Source: Lingula anatina
Lineage: Eukaryota; Animalia; Brachiopoda
NCBI GenBank assembly: GCA_051362555.1
Contig: CM120640.1
Location: forward strand, 36,413,967 to 36,477,966
Direction: 5' to 3'
Length of the DNA: 64,000 nucleotides
Shown piece after piece: positions 25,601-37,092 of this stretch (positions are counted from its first letter, which is position 1; each line of letters starts with the position of its first letter). Under the pieces are notes generated by a model. It made no database searches, was not told the origin of the DNA, and saw nothing but the letters and a program-made list of their open reading frames with translations. The position numbers and the translations under genes were made by a program.

Positions 25601-25981
25601 TGATTCTAAGCGTGTTTACGCACACAGCCAGTCATTGACGCAACTGGAGTAGCAAGTCCTCTTAATATCAGCTGAGCGTGATTCACTTTCGTTCTTCTTC
25701 CTTACCGTCTACAACTAGTTAAAAACTGCTTACCATGCCTTTAACCTCACAACATTATCAACAAGCTGGTATTATACAGGCACTGTGTAACTTAATATCA
25801 TCCGTTTATTTTAATTCCCTCGTAATTTATTATTTAAAATAGCAACATAGTATAGTGACAGGCTGCTCGCTCACCTGCTGTCACCATTGATCCGCCTTTT
25901 GTGCAGCTGTTCCAAATTATGAAAGATTTACCTGGCGTTAAGGAATCACGCATTGGGGGAAGTGGTGATGTGAGCTATCTA

Positions 25982-26037
25982 GCGTGTATATATGTGCGTG
26001 TGTGTGTGTGTGTGTGTGCGCGCGCGCGCGTGCGCGC
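25982..26037. repeat. Alternating purine-pyrimidine tract (GT)n(GC)n, Z-DNA-prone
   Basis: gcgtgtatatatgtgcgtgtgt...gtgcgcgcgcgcgcgtgcgcgc. Confidence 0.8.
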
Positions 26038-26716
26038 TTTCTATGCACATTTCCGGCTGGCTAATTGAGCCCTTCGTCAGTTGTTAATGTTTAACAGTGC
26101 CGATCTTAAGACCATTAGATCTGTTAATTCGCCCTCATCCTGTGTACTCTTGTTTCTCCCCGCGCCCAACTGAAGACTTTTTTTCAAAAAGCACTGTCAG
26201 TATTCTTTCGCCTAGGATTTTTTTAAAACTAAGACATATTTGGTGTTTCTCTGTTTCTGTTGACAACTGTTGATGGCATGTTATTCTGAGTATATGTGAT
26301 AGGGAGAGTTATTCAACCTCAGTTAATTCTCACTGAAAATGAATCGATAGAGACTAAGCCCTCACTCCTATAACTCCAGTGCTATCAATTTACTTCCACA
26401 TCTTCAGAAATTATTTATCTCGTTCCCTCTTTAACTGTCCATTTTCAGCGAAACAAGTAGCCTGCTAGCTGGAAGTTCTTTCAAACTGTACTAAATGTGC
26501 ACGACAAAAAAAGTAAATCAATAAATAAAATATTCAATCAACCTGGCCCCATAGATTTCCTAAGAATACAAACTTTTTTAATGTGATGACATCTCTTTAC
26601 TTTAATCTTATCATACTTGACATAAAAGCGCATATGTTAAGTGCGGAACTGAATAACCAAATGAAAACCGCTCCAGAAAACCTTTGAACTTTACAAACTC
26701 TAATGAGGAAATGTGC

Positions 26717-26747
<31 letters not shown>

Positions 26748-29151
26748 GCAATACTTTTCCCAAACCTCTCTGCTTGTCATCTCAAACTGATTAGAAGTTT
26801 GTGACTATCCATCATTGGAAATATCCCCTATAACCCTGACACGATGATACCATAATTCAATTTATAAGTTCAAATTCATTTCCTCAGCCGGCACTTCTAT
26901 CATGTGACGTCACCTGCTCATCAAAAGCGTACACTCGCATTGTACCGAGATAGGAAATTAGACAAAATCAACTTATCCTATTAATTCTCTGATATCCGAC
27001 AGTGTTAACAACGGCACGGGAAGTAAAAGCGGTATGGCAAAAATGCCGGAAAGCAAAATCGTGGAGTTATTACTTCTTACGGAGGTGAAGCTCAAGTACA
27101 AGAATAGTCTAGAACAACTCAAAGGGCTTTCTATCTGTAAGCTCAAACTTTTTTTTAAATGGTGAGGCGCATTAGTCTTTAAGAGAAACCTATTTCACAA
27201 ACATGATACTTTTGCATTCATGTATTTCACGGTGTTTACGCGCTAGCTAACTTATTTTCCGTAGTTCAGGTTGTATTTATTTATCTAACCCATCTTCCTA
27301 TGCCTCTTTGGATTTTCAATTTATATATTAACCTTTAGATCCTGTTAATCTGTGCATGTCTGCATCAAGTTTTTCATATAATATTGTAAATCTCCAGCCT
27401 GACTTTTCTTTTCATTTTTTTCATCTCTCGTATTAGTTCACAGTGGCCAGGGAAGTAATAAAGAGTGCTATGTTATTGTTGACGTGGGAGTAGTTGGAAG
27501 TCAGGGTAGGTATGCTGTGCCGCTATTAATATCATTCAGCGTCATCACTGACAACTGGCAGCAAAACCAAGTGTTTTTTCTATTAATACTGTTCCAAGAA
27601 TTAGCGTGAATTAGCCCACGGGCACAGAAAATGAATAACGTATATTAACATGCAGAACAGACAACGAGCATGTACTTGAATTAAGACAACATCAGATTAT
27701 TTTACCAAAACGTAACTGTTAACGCGCTAAGTTTGACAAGTAAATCGCACAAAGATAGCTCCAGAAATGCGTCAATCAATCCAGCACTACCGCACAATAC
27801 GCAAGCTAATTGCGGTTTGACGTGATTCTGTCCTGGCGCATGTATATATAATAGCTGCACCCGCATATGCAACAAATATCGTTGTTCTGGATTAAATTGT
27901 TGTTTGTACCTTTGCCCGTTCTCATATGTTTTCTGTTTATCGATAATGTATAATGCAGTGTACAGATAATAGTTATTGCCAGTGCACAACAGATGAACAT
28001 TTGAAATGAAAACACATTGTATCTTGGGAGTCCTCGACTAATTCGATTACTCCGTCACGGTGTATTCTTCTTAGGAAACATATGAATTCAACTCTGATTA
28101 TATTTTTTACAAGAGAATCATGTCGCTTTATGAGCAGAAAACAGTTTTTGTCCTTTAACTATAAGTCTTTTGGGGGGAGGGGGCCAGGGTGATTTTTTTT
28201 CTCGCTTTACTTGACAAATACAGTTTAGTAAAAAGGGTATTGACGCGAATAGCTTGCTTTGTCCCATTTTTGAAGTAAATTATGTGTATTTTTTATCTAT
28301 AATTCAGATGAATGATTCCCATATTCACTTGGCTTGGCATACGGCTAAAGAGGAATAATTTCCTCCAGTCAGACATTTTCAATATCAAACAAAAGAAGAA
28401 ATATCTCATTTTTGTTCACCTTCAAATGGTTTTTACTTAAAGGTTACGGATAAAAACATAAAAACACACTACCTAAGTGTCCTTGGAAGCACAGAAACAC
28501 TATAATAATGAGCGCTTAGTTCGTAGGATAAAATTGGGTGGAAAAGAAAGGAAGCCCGATGAGGAGAAGGGGGTGCATTTTATACCAATAAATATTGGAA
28601 AATAGATCAAAACGTCAAATGGATATTGGCGCTCAAGAGTATGTGACCTCTCGTATGAAATAAGCCCAAGTAAGAAAGAATAAAAAAAAAAGAAATCTAA
28701 AAATGTTATTTCTCAATTCTTTTTCACCGAGGAGACGATAACCTTTTTGATGAGAGGAAACTTATTAAGATACTTATTTTGTTCCTCGTAGGTTGTTATT
28801 GAAAAACTCTGCGGAAAGTCTTTACTGGCGTCGGAAATTAGAGAAACTACGTTTCCGTCTCAGCATCGATCCAGCTTGCTCAATTTCCCCTTCATTCTGC
28901 CCTCGTTTTTTCCTGCCTTGACTCCCGACTCGCAGAGATATTAGCAGCAAAGGCACGTCAAGTGCTTTTTTTTTTTTTTTGACAATGAATGTGTGGGCTT
29001 CACTCTTCATGGTTTTCTCGTCAACTCATTCTTTACTTAATATATATTTAATCATTTATTTATGTCTATTTATGAGGGGATGCTTCCAGTTTGGAAATGA
29101 TTTTGAAGTCCAGAAAATTACACTCATCAAACTCGAACATATTTTACTCAC

Positions 29152-29378
29152 CTACTGAGAGATAACAATATCTTTTCTTTCTTTCTTTGAACGTCAAAAA
29201 TACGTCTTCAAAACGTGTAGCGGCATACGCATCGGGTCTTTTAAAGGTCTCAAATATGCTTCGGCTTTTATATAGGGTGCTCTGTAGTCTAAAAGTTTCA
29301 CAAGTTTTCAGTTGAGAAGTTTCCGAATTGGAACCTATCTTTACTTGTCTGGAAATCGTGATTTACGAAAGCGAAACC
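29152..29378 (-). promoter_or_regulatory. Candidate distal TATA promoter and non-coding first exon (probably of the ETV6-like gene), with an IRF element
   Basis: Minus-strand TATATAAAAG at 29274-29265, strong donor ag|gtgagt at 29152, IRF-E GAAAGCGAAACC at 29367-29378. Confidence 0.4.
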
Positions 29379-31255
29379 AAACAGAATGCATGCACCAAAA
29401 TGAGGCATCTCTATGACAACGACCTTAGTCATAAGTAACCCCCGAGTCAGTGGCCCCCATCTTATACTTCAAAGTGGCAGGAACTCAATCCTTGAACGTT
29501 TTCTTTTTCCCAAAAATTTAATTAAAACGGATAATGATGACCCCGTTCTCTGAAGATTGAACACTTAACGTTTTCTTCATATTTTCAAAATAGATCAACA
29601 CTACGTCAAGTTTACAATCCAATTATTTCATCGTTTTCTGACAACTCTGGCAACTCTTCCGTGTCGCACACCCGGACGGATAAATTTCAATTTGAATTTG
29701 ATTTATTCTTGCATTGTTTGGGTCTTAAGAGCGCTTATAAGCTATTTATATTCACCGCTACCGTAAATACGCAAAATCTTACGCTTTAGTTTTAATTGCA
29801 CTCGAGCACAGTAATGTTTTGTCTAAATTTTCATGTCTAAACTTTGTCTAAACTTTCTTATCATCATTATCATTATAATTGCTTTTTTATTGTTTTTGCA
29901 AAATTAATCGTGCCTCAATTTCAATAAACGAACGTCAATAAACTATTACTTTCGCAGTCTTCAGATCTTTTGAGCGAAAGTTGGCAATTAAATCCGAAAA
30001 AAAGTTATCGCAAAACAGGAGTGAATGAGTCATAAACAACTGAGTATATTGTGATTATAGACAAACTAGAATGTTAACTTTTAAAGTATGCCAAACCGAA
30101 CATCAAAGATACAAAGTTTTCACTATTTAATCTTGTATTTCATCAACTTTGTGTAGATGCTGAAATCATACGCAAATACGAATAAGATCGATTACGATGA
30201 CAAAACAAAAAGCAGTGTTCAAGACTTTTTTCCGCGCCATTCCTCTTCCCCTTAATACGGTGCGCAATGTAAGGGATTTTATGGCGTGACCAATTTTCTC
30301 TTGAACGAATAAGTGCCGAAAATGAGGTTTCACTTCTGCAGCGTGGCGACGTCACGTCCCGCAGTTCTTGGAAACCCATTCCCTTCAGACGTTGCATTCA
30401 CTTATCGCGATTTAATCTACATTTAACCTAACTAATTAATCTGAACTAAATGTATCCTTTATCTACCTTAAACAAGCAAACCAAGAGAAGTAGACTGTTC
30501 CAACGCATGAGAAAATAGAATAATCAATAAAATATTCCATACTTTTATTTTTTTTAATGAAAATTGCTTTCAAACGATCTATTTGATCAAAGTACTATAA
30601 ATTACCCGTGAATTAATTATACAAGACCATATAAGCTTTGCCTATGATATGAAAACCTGGATTTCAAAACCAATTAACTTTGATGGACAAAACACATCCC
30701 CCTTGCCCTTACCGATCATCCAAACTAAAAATAAAATCCTTTTTATTTGTGTGTTTTAGGATCACTTTTTCTTTATTTATCCAAGTTGAGTGTTCGGTTT
30801 AGTCCTTCATTTGCATCTTCAGCTATATACCCATATTCAGCATTTTGTTTGCCTTTAAAACACCGTTAGAGGATATCTTGCATGAAAATAGGAACGACAG
30901 TGGTACACAGAATCTTAACATGCTTTTTTTTTAAAGTACGAGGAGGCACAAGCACCATTGTATTAAAAAAGGGTATAGTAACACAGGAATAAAGTACAGA
31001 AATATATTATCTGCCACGCGATGATTTATCATGAGGAATGTGAAAAGTTCGAACGGACTGAAAACACCCTTATCACACGGTTCACTGCCAAGTTATCAAA
31101 ATTTTGATTATTTTTTAAATAAATGATTAATCATTCGGACTAAGAGGCTGTCTGTGCTTGGACTGAAATGATATCGTCAAAAATATCATCGAGGCCATGG
31201 CAAGAATGCATAATCTATTTCCTTATTCGTATATTCTACATATTCTCGACGTCTT

Positions 31256-31335
31256 AGGGCTCATTCCCATCGAAACTATCGGTTTACGTACATGTAGATT
31301 GATCCAGCTGTGCGGGGACTCTTGCTGAATGCAAT
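31256..31335 (+). repeat. Partial copy of the 21253-21498 hairpin-element arm
   Basis: agggctcattcccatcgaaactatcggtttacgta...gattgatccagctgtgcggggactcttgctgaatgca. Confidence 0.7.
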
Positions 31336-32412
31336 CCCTAGATTCTCTCTAAACTCTTAAAGTGCACCCCGCCCTCCCCGCCCTCCCCCCCCCCCCCCAA
31401 AAAAAAAGGGGGGGGGGAAGAAACAAATAATAAAGAACGAAGAAAAAACTAGGTAAAGGGCCTTCTGCATTATTTGTGGAATTATGAAGCTGGTTAAAAT
31501 TCTGACCAGGTTTTGCCAAAAATGGGATTTCCGACAATTCCTATCGTGAAATAGGTCTAAGGTCTGCCAAACATTAGTCTAAGTCCGGTCCCTAGTGACG
31601 TCAGCGCATATAGTCTATATGCAGTGGCCATACATTATGATTAGCATATCACTGCACGTGACACACACTCCTTTAAGATTAACCCAACATTATTGTAACA
31701 TTGTAACCTTTCCCTTACCTGGGCATTTTTCGATACTCCATAGCATTCCAGCGTTAAGCAATTCCAAGAAAGAAAATCCTACGTACCACACTGTGACTGG
31801 TGGAAGAGGAAGCGAAAGTAAGCCCCTCTACTTGATGAGATCCGGGCAAGAGGATCCACTGAATATCTATACCTATGTACAGCATATACAAATATGTACA
31901 TTCCAGACATAGAGCTTTTGTTATAGCAACTATTCATACATGAAAAAAGAAACAGAGTGGATGGGGCTTTCGTCTTCTGGTATGTACAAACAACATAGGC
32001 ACGTATCACCTGATCACCTGCTCGTTCTTAGAAAATGATCCTTCCAAGAAGGCGGAAGAATTTAAAGGGTAAATGCTCGGACCCCGGTCAACTCGAGGCG
32101 ATATGTACTAGATCAAAAAGAGAAACAATGATCATCGTTGGGATACATATATATTTATGTCTCCTCATTAACACGAACGAAAGCATAAGTAAAGGACAAA
32201 CACAAGTATGGCGTTCAAAATTTGGCCGGTGACGGCCGCTTTTATTGAAAGGTCCCTCTAATAAAAGAAATGGTTTACAGTTATTATGTATCATTTAATA
32301 ATGTTGAGTAATTATATAATGTTATAGCACAATTAATAAATATCCAAACAAATGGTGCACATATTTTCATTAGTGGGGGTTGCAAAGAGGCCAACTAAAC
32401 AATGAGGCCAAC

Positions 32413-32442
32413 CTTGGACATAAAAATTATTTTATGTCCAAG
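32413..32442. mobile_element. 30-bp palindromic micro-MITE with a 7-bp target-site duplication
   Basis: ggccaac|cttggacataaaaattattttatgtccaag|ggccaac. Confidence 0.7.
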
Positions 32443-32512
32443 GGCCAACTAAACAATTATTTTTCAATTATTTCGTTTTTGTTTCAATTATTTTTTCAAT
32501 CGTTATAGATCG

Positions 32513-32548
32513 ATCGATAGATAGAAAGATAGATAGATAGATAGATAG
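32513..32548. repeat. (GATA)n microsatellite
   Basis: Read directly from the sequence. Confidence 0.85.
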
Positions 32549-35500
32549 AGCGATTTTTCCTAAAGAGACTATACCCAAGAAAACTGATACAAACTGACAT
32601 TGAAAAAGCCGCACAAAAAAGTGAGATTGGAGATCATCAAAGATAAAATAATGAAGGATGCCATACCATTTGTATCGACAAACAACAAAAGAAATCCAGA
32701 GGTATTATTTAAACTTACCTTTGATAAAACAAGATGACAAAATGAATGATATATCAACTCAAATGCAGATCATAAAGAGTAAAGAGGCAAAGCCCATCAC
32801 TTCAGCAAATCTTAACAAAAGCAAAATTCAAAAACAATTCAAATACAAATGTACACGCTTCAACAATATTAGTAAAAGCAAACAGCAGATATGGTGCCTG
32901 CTCACTTACTGAAGAGGGTAAACACGTAACATTTAAAAAATGGACGGAGATTCCAAATAAAGTACCCCTTCATTTGCACTAGCGCAAATAAAATATATGT
33001 AGTAACTTGCAATGAGTGAGGTGATAACTACATAGGGTACATCGGAGACCCCCTCCTAGACAAAATGACTGTTCACAGACAGCAAATAAGACAACAGACA
33101 TATCAGTGTACATCTGTGAGTGACCATATTAGGGAATGGGATCAGAATAAGGACTAAACGATTTTCCATTTAACAAATTCGGTAAGGAAACAACCTAAAC
33201 GGAAAGGGAAATCAAAGATAATTAGGCCTACTTCATTGGAAATTGTAAACCTAAGCTAAATACAATTCAACTGTCTCACAAGATATTATCTATATTTTTT
33301 AATAATGAACAATCTCATTATTGAATATAACTGTTGTTTTGTTTTGTTTCTACTGTATTTACCAGATCAGATCATTGTATATTGGAATTTTTTAATAAAG
33401 AAAGTTACTTTCTTTATTTAAGTTCTACTCCGGTGATAAACGGCCAATAACAATAGAATTAAGCAAATGTGCAAATAATCCATTGAGACTTTTTCATGTG
33501 TTCCCAGCTCTCTCACGGGATGCGAAGTTAAATATTCGCCATCTTGATAGAATGAAAAGGAAATTCCAGAAAGAAAATAATCCCAATAAGCAAATTTATT
33601 ATTATTATCATCATTTGCATTTATTTTCCCTCCCGGTTTTTGGCAGCTTCAACTCGTTCAAAAATATAAATGATAATAATAATAATTAATAAATAGAAAA
33701 ATAATAATAATAATAACTAGAATAAATAAAACATCATTATTTATTTGTCCTCGTTCTACATCGACTCAAACACTCGAAAGTACGAATAAAGGAAAAATAC
33801 CAGCATGATGTTTGACGGCCGCATTTATTGTAAGGTCCCTCTGATTAAAAAAATGATATGATTTAGAAGTTAACAATGAAGAAGGTTGAGTAATAACATT
33901 CACCATTGAATAGACCTGAAAAACTGTATTAATATATAATTCCCAAACAAATAGTGGTTTTTAAAGCCTAATTGAATATTCATGAAGACACTGTCAAAAT
34001 ACAAAGGGCCACCGCCAAAGATCCCGCTTTCGCAATATTAAGCGCCATGACAATTCGGGTATTTTTTTTTCCACAGAAAGAGGGACATTAGATGTTAATG
34101 TAGCGAGCCTATTTATTTTAGGTCCGCATTCCTGTTCACCAAGACATTATGTTCCAGGATATGATTTCAGATTATCAGAAAGTTTCCTTTTTTAGGCTAG
34201 GAAAAACCAGCTTATGATTACGCCTAAAATGCACCAAAGTAAAGCTGTGCATTCATCAGGGGCAATTTCAAAAGATCTTGCAGTTTCTGCCAATCAAAGT
34301 TCTTCATAAAAACCCTCACCTATACACCCCCTTTACCCTCTACCGGGGCTACAGATTCATTTTGTGCATTTCTCTCCAGCACAAGCAAAGAACCGTGTTA
34401 AGAATTAGCCTGCGACATATCTGTGAATATCCAGTAAAAAACCAATCTTTGACACTGGAAGAGGGTAGACCCCCTTATTGTGTGAAAAAAAATCTCTGAA
34501 AAATGTGTCAGTTGCAGTTCCTGCTTTGCTTATTTCAGAGTAATCTTTGATAAATTTTAGCGAAGCGCAATTGTGTCTATTATTGGGTCATTTTTTTCAT
34601 CCATAATTGTTTGTCATTATATAAAAAAGACATGTTTATTTCGTCATATGCGTTAGTCTTTTAACTTAAACCATTCTAAATTAGTTTTTCGTGTCAGTAG
34701 CTAGACGTGACTCGATAATATATCGTTTTATCGTTTTATGACTTTTTTGACTGCGGCTTTATGTTTTACTGGTTTCTCACAAATTGAAGTCTCGCACCAC
34801 TTACCGACGTTTTTAAGAACATCTATATGTAGACAATATAACAAATATATATTTACGGAAACTTTTGAGACGCCCCCCCTCCCCCGGATACTGCAAGTCT
34901 TACTTTCTGTTTAACTACTGATTAAAAAGATATTCTACTAAGTGGGCGTTTCGAATGGGCTTTATTTTTTTTCCAAATTATTCTTTCTAAAGTTCGGCTG
35001 TTGCCTGTCATTCAGGAAACTGAGGTAAAAAAAACTCTTTCTAAGCAAGAGAGGGATGCGTACGATTGCGCACCAAATGCAATTCCCTCTTCAGTCTAAA
35101 GATTCCTTTATAATTATAAAGATGCAAAAGATGAAAACAATTAACAGATGAATGGTGTAGAAGTAAGGCGGAATCGACTGAGCAATACATACTTTAAAGA
35201 CAAAAATAAGTTCAAATTATTGTTTTTCTTTTTTTTTTAAATAAGTTTAGTATAAATCACCAGACACCAGACAACCAAAACAATTTCCATCGCAAAATAT
35301 ACCGAGAGGAAGTTGTTGGTCTAATGTACAGCATGATCCAAGAATTTGGTGTCATGATGTACATAAAATACATGATATTTTACGCTTTGCAAAATATAAC
35401 CAATCCCGTTATAGGCTAACGATAAAATATAACAAATTATTTCTAAACAGAGTAATACACATGTATACCTAATTCATACATGTATGTCATATACACTGTA

Positions 35501-37092
35501 TGCAGAAAATCTTGTAAACACTTCTTTTTTTCATGATTCCGGCTGATACAAATGTAAGTTTTGCGATTTCAAATATCTTATCTAAGCTTGGATATCCCAT
35601 TTAGACATGTTGCAATCAAATTAAAATTAAAGTCCCAAACCTGAAAACTCGTAAATAGAAACAAACTTACAGACCGTAATAAATGTTATTCGCAGGCTTC
35701 CACTTGTACGTACCTGCACCTTGCTTGGGACGTAGTTAAATGGCAATCCTCTTCCAATTCGTCGTTTTAGTTGGTTTGCATCCGGATATTTTTGCGCAAC
35801 AGGTAGGTGTTCATCTTTCCGTCTCTGAGGAAATAGCGCCTGACGCCAGTCAACATAGCCAATCGATCATGTCAAAGAAAACCGCAGCATTTACAACACG
35901 TTATTTTATTATAGCCAAGGTAATTATAGAGGCAAACACTTTGTTATGGAATATTGTGGTTGTTTTGTGTAGGGTCAGCGTGAACTTAAGACCCTTTAAA
36001 ATGTGAGAAGAAGTGTTTTACAATGATAAGAACATAGTAAAAAAAAAAAAACGTAGGCTGGTATGATGGCAAATGTCCAATAGAGGAAAAAAGTCTTTAA
36101 AAAAAACCCAGATCCTACAGCTTTTATAAAACCTTTATACTTATGTTATAAATACATTGAATGCGGAAAAGGGAATTACGTCAGAAATGACATTCACGGC
36201 GTATTATTGTTTATTGCAGTTGTTAAATAGGTGATTCCTTTTTTCATTGCTTGCGTGATCCGACTCATTTCCTATTTCCTAATTGTGATACAAACAAATG
36301 CATTTACGTAAGTGATCTGTCAGAACTTGATCCTTGTTGATTTTCTAACTGATTTTGGACTATTTGGAGTCGTTTCCATGGCAATTTCCACGCATACCAG
36401 TATTTATGATCTGGAATATCGAATTTTATTGCATCATCTTAACCCTTTCGAATTCTTTAGGTTTCTTTCAGGTTTCTACATATGTGAAAGAATACTTCAG
36501 CTAAGCTCGCTAGAAAAGTACGTTAGCAATGTTGTGCTCCGTGCCGTCTCTAATGACGCAATCAACACTGCCATTTCATTCGCTTCGAAAGCAATATTTA
36601 AACCCTAATTTTCATTGTTTTGTTGCTCAACAATTAGTTGCTTTATACCACTAAGTTAAACGAAAATGCATTCACTGGGCTCATTTTAATTACACTCTGC
36701 GATTTGAATATCATTATCTTTTTTCATATTTAAATATGTTTTAAAACAACATAAAACAGAGTAAATTGTGTACATTTTAAGCTTAGGATTTATTACCTTT
36801 TTAAACAATGAATTCGTCTAAATTGATAGATATGACGTTTGACAAAGATGTGTTCCATATGTTTCTAGGTAAATTTTTCACTTAAAATTACTTGATAAAA
36901 TATTTTATTTACTTGTAGACTACGTCTGCTAAACCGCTGTATCTCGCGTTCTCATGGACCAAAAGTAGCTACATCGTAAAAATAGTGGAAATCCTCTATT
37001 GTGGAATAATGAGAATCACATAAAAATTTTAAAAATACTTAGATGCACTATAAGGTCAGTGTCGGCGGGTTCATGGTAATTCAACAACAATT

